Shown here: positions 27,149 through 32,000 of the stretch, in pieces
Position numbering within the stretch: position 1 is the first letter of the stretch
How the letters are laid out: every line of letters starts with the position of its first letter
Assembly: GCF_000015585.1 (NCBI RefSeq)
Contig: NC_008789.1
Coordinates: 1,560,001 to 1,592,000, forward strand
DNA length: 32,000 nucleotides
From: Halorhodospira halophila SL1
GTDB lineage: Bacteria > Pseudomonadota > Gammaproteobacteria > Nitrococcales > Halorhodospiraceae
Direction: 5' to 3'
Notes under the pieces: generated by a model
Told to the model about the DNA's origin: nothing
The model's input: only the letters and a program-made list of their open reading frames with translations
Databases searched by the model: none
Made by a program: the position numbers and the translations under genes

Positions 27149-27970
27149 ATGGCTGCACAGATCCAGAAGGTGATCGATGAGGCGTTTGAGCAACGCGCCC
27201 AACTCAACCCGAACGAAGCCCCGGCCGAGATCCGAGAGGCGGTCGAGGAAGCCCTGCGGCGCCTGGATAGCGGCCAGGCCCGGGTGGCCGAGCCGGGCGC
27301 CGACGGCTGGCAGGTCAACGAGTGGCTGAAGAAGGCCGTCCTGCTCTCGTTCCGCCTCAACGACAATCGCCTGATGCGCGGCGGCGTCACCAACTTCTTC
27401 GACAAGGTGCCGATGAAGTTTGCGGGCTGGGGCGAGGACGCCCTGCGCGAATCCGGTGTGCGCGTGGTGCCGCCGGCCGCCGCACGGCGGGGCAGCTACA
27501 TCGCGCCGGGGGTGGTGCTGATGCCCTCCTACGTGAACATCGGCGCCTACGTCGACGAAGGGACCATGGTCGACACCTGGGCCACGGTGGGTTCCTGCGC
27601 CCAGATCGGCAAGAACGTCCACCTCTCCGGGGGCGTGGGGATCGGCGGGGTGCTCGAGCCGCTGCAGGCCAACCCGACCATCATCGAGGACGATTGCTTC
27701 ATCGGCGCCCGCTCGGAGATCGTTGAGGGCGTGACCGTCGGCCGAGGCGCAGTGATCTCCATGGGCGTCTATGTCGGTCAGAGCACCAAGATCTACGACC
27801 GCACCACCGGCGAGGTCCACTTCGGACATGTACCGGAGGGGGCGGTGGTCGTTCCCGGCAATCTCCCGGCCGCCGACGGCAGCCACAGCCTTTACTGCGC
27901 GGTGATCATCAAGTACGCCGACGAAAAGACCCGCGCCAAGGTCGGTATCAACGAGCTGCTGCGCCCATGA
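27149..27970 (+). CDS. dapD: Tetrahydrodipicolinate N-succinyltransferase
   Basis: 273 aa from ATG 27149 (GGGAG upstream). Hexapeptide repeats ([47 protein letters not shown]) and the C-terminus [24 protein letters not shown]. Confidence 0.93.
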   Translation: MAAQIQKVIDEAFEQRAQLNPNEAPAEIREAVEEALRRLDSGQARVAEPGADGWQVNEWLKKAVLLSFRLNDNRLMRGGVTNFFDKVPMKFAGWGEDALRESGVRVVPPAAARRGSYIAPGVVLMPSYVNIGAYVDEGTMVDTWATVGSCAQIGKNVHLSGGVGIGGVLEPLQANPTIIEDDCFIGARSEIVEGVTVGRGAVISMGVYVGQSTKIYDRTTGEVHFGHVPEGAVVVPGNLPAADGSHSLYCAVIIKYADEKTRAKVGINELLRP

Positions 27971-29103
27971 GCGCCACGCTCGAGCTCGCCCGGGAGCTGA
28001 TCCAGCGCCCGTCGGTAACTCCCGAGGACGCCGGATGCCAGACCCTCGTCGCCGAGCGCCTGGCCGCGGCCGGGTTCGGCGCCGAGTGGCTGAACGCCGC
28101 CGGGGTCACCAACCTGTGGGCGCAGCGCGGCACCGAGCGCCCCCTGTTCTGCTTTCTCGGCCACACCGACGTGGTCCCCAGCGGTCCAGAGTCGGCCTGG
28201 CAACACCCGCCGTTCCAGCCCATCGTCGAGAACGGCTGTCTCTATGGCCGAGGCGCGGCCGACATGAAGGGCAGTGTGGCGGCCTTCGTCGCTGCGGTGG
28301 AGCGCTTCGTCGCCCGCCACCCGGACCACGCGGGCGCCATCGCCGTGCTGCTGACCAGCGACGAGGAAGGCCCCGCGGTGGATGGCACCCGACGCGTGGT
28401 CGAGACCCTGGCAGCGCGGGGGGCGGCCATCGACTACTGCCTGGTGGGCGAACCCAGCAGCCAGGCACGGCTCGGCGACGAGTACAAGGTCGGCCGCCGC
28501 GGGTCCCTAACGGGGCACCTCACCGTGCACGGCGAACAGGGGCACGTCGCCTACCCGCACCAGGCGGACAATCCCATCCACGCGTTCGCCCCGGCACTCC
28601 AGGAGCTGGTCGCCACCGAGTGGGACCAGGGCGATGCCGACTTCCCGCCGACGAGCTTCCAGATCTCCAACATCCAGGCGGGCACCGGCGCCGACAACGT
28701 CATCCCCGGAGCCATGGAGGTCGTGTTCAACCTGCGCTACGCCCCGGCGGTCTCCGCCGAGGAGCTTCAGGAACGGATCGAATCCATCCTGCACCGTCAC
28801 GGGGTGCACCACACCCTGCACTGGCGGCACTCCGGCGCCCCCTTCGCCACCCGCGAGGGCGCACTCATCGATGCCGTTGAACAGGCAGTCACAGCGCACA
28901 CCGGGCAGTGTCCACGACGATCGACCTCCGGCGGCACCTCCGATGGCCGTTTCATGGGTCCGACCGGGGCGCAGGTGGTCGAGCTTGGTCCGCTGAACGC
29001 CACCATCCACAAGGCCAACGAGCACGTCGCGGTCGCCGACCTGGAGGCCCTGGAGGCGATCTACTTCGACATCCTGCAGCACCTGCTGGCCCCGGCCGAC
29101 TGA
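27967..29103 (+). CDS. dapE: Succinyl-diaminopimelate desuccinylase
   Basis: 378 aa, M20 peptidase. [55 protein letters not shown] overlap with the dapD stop. Confidence 0.93.
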   Translation: MSATLELARELIQRPSVTPEDAGCQTLVAERLAAAGFGAEWLNAAGVTNLWAQRGTERPLFCFLGHTDVVPSGPESAWQHPPFQPIVENGCLYGRGAADMKGSVAAFVAAVERFVARHPDHAGAIAVLLTSDEEGPAVDGTRRVVETLAARGAAIDYCLVGEPSSQARLGDEYKVGRRGSLTGHLTVHGEQGHVAYPHQADNPIHAFAPALQELVATEWDQGDADFPPTSFQISNIQAGTGADNVIPGAMEVVFNLRYAPAVSAEELQERIESILHRHGVHHTLHWRHSGAPFATREGALIDAVEQAVTAHTGQCPRRSTSGGTSDGRFMGPTGAQVVELGPLNATIHKANEHVAVADLEALEAIYFDILQHLLAPAD

Positions 29104-29133
29104 GCTGCATGCGGGGAGGCGGCCCTGGCTGAT

Positions 29134-29162
29134 TTGATGCGCCCGGGCAACCGGATTAGATT
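29134..29162 (+). promoter_or_regulatory. Candidate sigma70 promoter for the dehydratase-like/activase module
   Basis: TTGATG (29134-29139), a 17-nt spacer, then TAGATT (29157-29162), in the 95-nt dapE-downstream spacer. Eyeballed only. Confidence 0.3.
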
Positions 29163-29198
29163 GGAACGCTGACCGGAGCGACGGCACCCGACTGGCCC

Positions 29199-30932
29199 AT
29201 GGACCCGAGCCCAGCGATGAACACGCAGGATGCCGCTCGGCCGGGGCGCCACTACCGGCGCCCGGTCGAGCGACCGTTCACCCGTGCCGAGCGCGACCGG
29301 GTCACCCTGCTCTTCGGCAGTCTCAGCGTCGCCCACGACCGTCTGCTCACCGCCGCCATCCGGGGGCTCGGTTACCACGCGGAGGCGATCCCCACGCCAC
29401 GCCGCAGGGACCTGCAGACCGGCCGGGAGCTGTGTAACAGCGGTCAGTGCAATCCGGTCTACTTCGTCGCTGGCGCGCTGATCAATCACCTGGAGCGGCG
29501 GCGCAGCGAGCGCGGCCTCGATCGTGACGAAGTCGCGGATCGCTACGTGTTTGTCACCCCGGGGTCGTGCGGCCCCTGCCGTTTCGGCATGTACGAAGCC
29601 CAGTATCGTCAAGCCCTCGCCAAGGCCGGGTACCCCGGGTTCCGGGTGATCGCTTTCGACAAGAAGGGCGGCGGCGACGGCCACCCCGACGAGGGCTACG
29701 GCGACGGGCTGGCCGTCGATCTAGGGCTCTACATCGCCGTGCTCGACGCACTGTTCATGGCTGATGTGCTGAACGCCACCTTCTACCGCGCCCGCCCCTA
29801 CGCCACCGACGCCGCCGCGGCCGACCGGACCTTCGAGACCTGCCTGACCGAGTGTGAGCAGGCGCTCGGGCGTCCGCGCCCGGATCCCCGGGTCACCGTG
29901 ACCGCCCGGCTACTCGCGGCCGTGACACCGCTACCCAGCGCGGCAGACGCCGCCCGCCTGCTCGCCCGACTCCGTGACCGGACCTGCACGGACGCCCTCG
30001 CCCGGTGTCGCCGGATCATCGAAGAGGGCTTCGAGGTGGACTATCTGCGCCCGCGCCCCCTGATCAAGATCACCGGCGAATTCTGGGCCCAGACCACTGA
30101 GGGCGACGGCAACTTCCGCATGTTCGAGTTCCTTGAGGCCGAAGGGGCCGAGATCCAGGTGGAGCCGGTCGCCGGATGGGTCGATTACATGCGCTACGGC
30201 CTCCACGGCCAGCTCGAAGAAGCCCGGGCGGCCGAGGACCCGCCCGCCGGCGCCCGGTCCGGCCAGGCCCTGTTGCGGGTGGCCACCACGCGGGTACGCC
30301 ACTGGCTGATCAAGCAGACCGGCCGGCTCCTCCACCGCGAGTACGACCGCATGCGTGCCGCCCTGCGCGACTGCCCGGCCCCACTGGCCGATCAACGCAC
30401 CCTGGAGCGTCTCGGCCGTCCCTACTACCATCCAAGAATCACCGGTGGCGAGGGACATCTGGAGGTGGCCAAGACGCTCTACTACCACCGCCATCGACTG
30501 GCCCACATGACCCTGTCGCTCAAACCCTTCGGGTGCATGCCCTCCACCCAGTCCGACGGGGCACAGGCGGCGGTGCAGGCGGACGACCCGGATATCCGCT
30601 TCCTGCCCATCGAGACCTCCGGCGAGGGCGAGATCAACGCCTACTCGCGGGCCCAGATGGCCCTCGGCGAGGCCCGCGAGTCCGCCCGCAGCGAGTTCCG
30701 CGATGCACTCGCCCGAAGCGGCCACGATCTGGCTACCCTGCGCGCCTACATCGCCGAGAGACCACAGCTGCGCAGCCCGCTCTACCCGATCCCGCAGAGC
30801 GATGCGGCGATCAGCCGGGCAGCGCGGTTCGTCCACCACCTGGCGGAGCGCATGCCCACCCGTGCGGAGGGACCCCGCCCCGCCGGCACCGAAGGCAAGC
30901 AGCGGGAGATCCGCCATGTCGACCCCCGGTGA
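29199..30932 (+). CDS. DUF2229 / HgdB-BcrC-YjiM-like (2-hydroxyacyl-CoA dehydratase-fold) protein, substrate unknown
   Basis: 577 aa. ERPFTRAERDRVTLLFG N-terminus and Cys motifs CNSGQCNPVYF, GSCGPCRFGMY and KPFGCMPS, typical of the dehydratase-like domain that partners BcrAD/BadFG ATPases. The start is ATG 29199 or ATG 29217; neither has a good SD. Confidence 0.75.
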   Translation: MDPSPAMNTQDAARPGRHYRRPVERPFTRAERDRVTLLFGSLSVAHDRLLTAAIRGLGYHAEAIPTPRRRDLQTGRELCNSGQCNPVYFVAGALINHLERRRSERGLDRDEVADRYVFVTPGSCGPCRFGMYEAQYRQALAKAGYPGFRVIAFDKKGGGDGHPDEGYGDGLAVDLGLYIAVLDALFMADVLNATFYRARPYATDAAAADRTFETCLTECEQALGRPRPDPRVTVTARLLAAVTPLPSAADAARLLARLRDRTCTDALARCRRIIEEGFEVDYLRPRPLIKITGEFWAQTTEGDGNFRMFEFLEAEGAEIQVEPVAGWVDYMRYGLHGQLEEARAAEDPPAGARSGQALLRVATTRVRHWLIKQTGRLLHREYDRMRAALRDCPAPLADQRTLERLGRPYYHPRITGGEGHLEVAKTLYYHRHRLAHMTLSLKPFGCMPSTQSDGAQAAVQADDPDIRFLPIETSGEGEINAYSRAQMALGEARESARSEFRDALARSGHDLATLRAYIAERPQLRSPLYPIPQSDAAISRAARFVHHLAERMPTRAEGPRPAGTEGKQREIRHVDPR

Positions 30933-32000
30933 GCACGCACCGCTGCTCGTCGGCCTGGATGTCGGCTCGACCACGGTCAAGGCCGTGGTCATCGACAGCG
31001 CCGACGATACCCTGCTCTGGCACGATTACCGCCGGCACGAGACGCGACAGCTGGAGACCGTGCGCGACTTCCTGGCGCGAATCGAGGCCGCTGTGCCGGC
31101 GGCACGGCGCGGCGATCTGCGCCTGTTTGCCACCGGCTCCGGTGGAGGCAGTGTCGCCGAAGCCCTGGAGACGCGGTTCGTGCAGGAAGTCCACGCCGTC
31201 TCCCTGGCCGTCGAGGCACGCTTCCCCGACGTCGGCAGCGTGGTGGAACTCGGTGGCCAGGATGCCAAAATCATCGTCTTCAAGACGCTGGAGGATGGCA
31301 GCAAGCGCAAGATCCCGGCCATGAACGACAAATGCGCCGGTGGCACCGGCGCCGTGATCGACAAAATCGCCGCCAAGCTGGCCATCGCACCGGATCAACT
31401 TGGCGACACGGGGTATCTCGGCCACACCATCCACCCGGTCGCCGGGAAGTGCGGAGTCTTCGCCGAGACCGATATCAACTCGCTGCAGAAGCAGGGCGTC
31501 GCCGCCGAGGATCTGATGGCCTCGCTGTTCGAGGCCATCGTGCAACAGAACCTGTCGGTCCTGACCCGGGGTCATACCCTGCAGCCCCGGGTCCTCCTGC
31601 TCGGCGGCCCGAACACCTACATCCGCGGCCTACAGGAGTGCTGGCGAACCCATATCCACGCCCTCTGGGAGGAGCGGGGCGTCGACTGGGACACCCCGCT
31701 GGAGACGGCTGTCCACGTCCCCGAACAGGCGCAGTACTTCGCCGCCATCGGGGCAGTCGCCTTCGGACGGAGCGAACTGGCCGATGACCCGGAAGCCGGG
31801 CGCTACCCCGGTCCGGGCGGCCTCGATCAGTGGCTGGCGGGGCAGCGTACTGGCGGCCACCGGCCGGGCGGCGCGCCACCGCTGGTCCGCGATCACGCCG
31901 AGCTGGCGCGTTTCCTGCGCGAGTTCCAGCCCCAGCCCTGGCAGCCGGCCCGCTTCTCCCCCGGCGAACAGGTGGCCGGCTATCTGGGGATCGACGCCGG
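30916..32000 (+). CDS. Tandem BcrAD/BadFG-type (HgdC-like) activator ATPase, N-terminal part; the 3' end lies outside the window
   Basis: This ORF is not in the supplied track because it has no stop within the window. I translated it by hand from ATG 30916 (GGGAG 7 nt upstream): MSTPGEHAPLLVGLDVGSTTVKAVV...ATGSGG...ELGGQDAKII...MNDKCAGGTGAVIDKI...AGKCGVFAETDINSLQ... A second ASKHA phosphate-1 motif, GYLGIDAG, starts at 31978. It overlaps the upstream gene by 17 nt. Confidence 0.85.
   Translation, partial: MSTPGEHAPLLVGLDVGSTTVKAVVIDSADDTLLWHDYRRHETRQLETVRDFLARIEAAVPAARRGDLRLFATGSGGGSVAEALETRFVQEVHAVSLAVEARFPDVGSVVELGGQDAKIIVFKTLEDGSKRKIPAMNDKCAGGTGAVIDKIAAKLAIAPDQLGDTGYLGHTIHPVAGKCGVFAETDINSLQKQGVAAEDLMASLFEAIVQQNLSVLTRGHTLQPRVLLLGGPNTYIRGLQECWRTHIHALWEERGVDWDTPLETAVHVPEQAQYFAAIGAVAFGRSELADDPEAGRYPGPGGLDQWLAGQRTGGHRPGGAPPLVRDHAELARFLREFQPQPWQPARFSPGEQVAGYLGIDA

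Noticed and set aside
22476-29103. The map-glnD-dapC-dapD-dapE arrangement as an unusual link between nitrogen sensing and lysine/peptidoglycan precursor synthesis.
   Set aside because: This synteny, or large parts of it, is well known in Pseudomonas-like and other proteobacteria. It is tightly coupled here but not novel.
1-32000. I scanned intergenic spacers for CRISPR arrays, tRNA/rRNA genes, integrases and toxin-antitoxin or defence-island signatures.
   Set aside because: Intergenic spacers are short (mostly under 100 nt; the largest are 277, 221 and 142 nt). They contain no direct-repeat arrays or cloverleaf-like sequences. No phage, integrase or defence-type proteins are present among the credible ORFs.

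Overview
This is a GC-rich, gene-dense chromosomal core region; the synteny looks gammaproteobacterial and third codon positions are almost all G/C. Left to right the window holds: the 3' end of an EAL-domain gene; a minus-strand frdABCD quinol:fumarate reductase operon; an orphan gene with an IS3-OrfA-type HTH, a disordered linker and TPR-like repeats; and cbbY. Next comes the canonical minus-strand housekeeping block dnaE-rnhB-lpxB-lpxA-fabZ-(gap)-bamA-rseP-dxr-cdsA-uppS-frr-pyrH-tsf-rpsB. Diverging from it is plus-strand map-glnD-dapC-dapD-dapE. The window ends with a two-gene module that runs off the right edge: a DUF2229/HgdB-like protein plus a tandem BcrAD/BadFG activator ATPase. I recognised no rRNA, tRNA, CRISPR array, intact IS element or prophage. 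Many genes are joined by 4-nt ATGA/GTGA/TTGA overlaps, and several ORF-track N-termini are over-extended; I re-called those starts from homology and Shine-Dalgarno position. I do not see a convincing new multi-gene system, and most of the window is ordinary core genome. Four things deserve a second look. First, the orphan HTH-IDR-TPR protein 52 nt upstream of frdA. Second, the split dehydratase-like/tandem-activase module at 29.2-32 kb, whose substrate is unknown. Third, the absence of skp-lpxD from the otherwise canonical bamA...fabZ cluster, replaced by a 221-nt hairpin-rich spacer. Fourth, the rpsB/map divergent control region.
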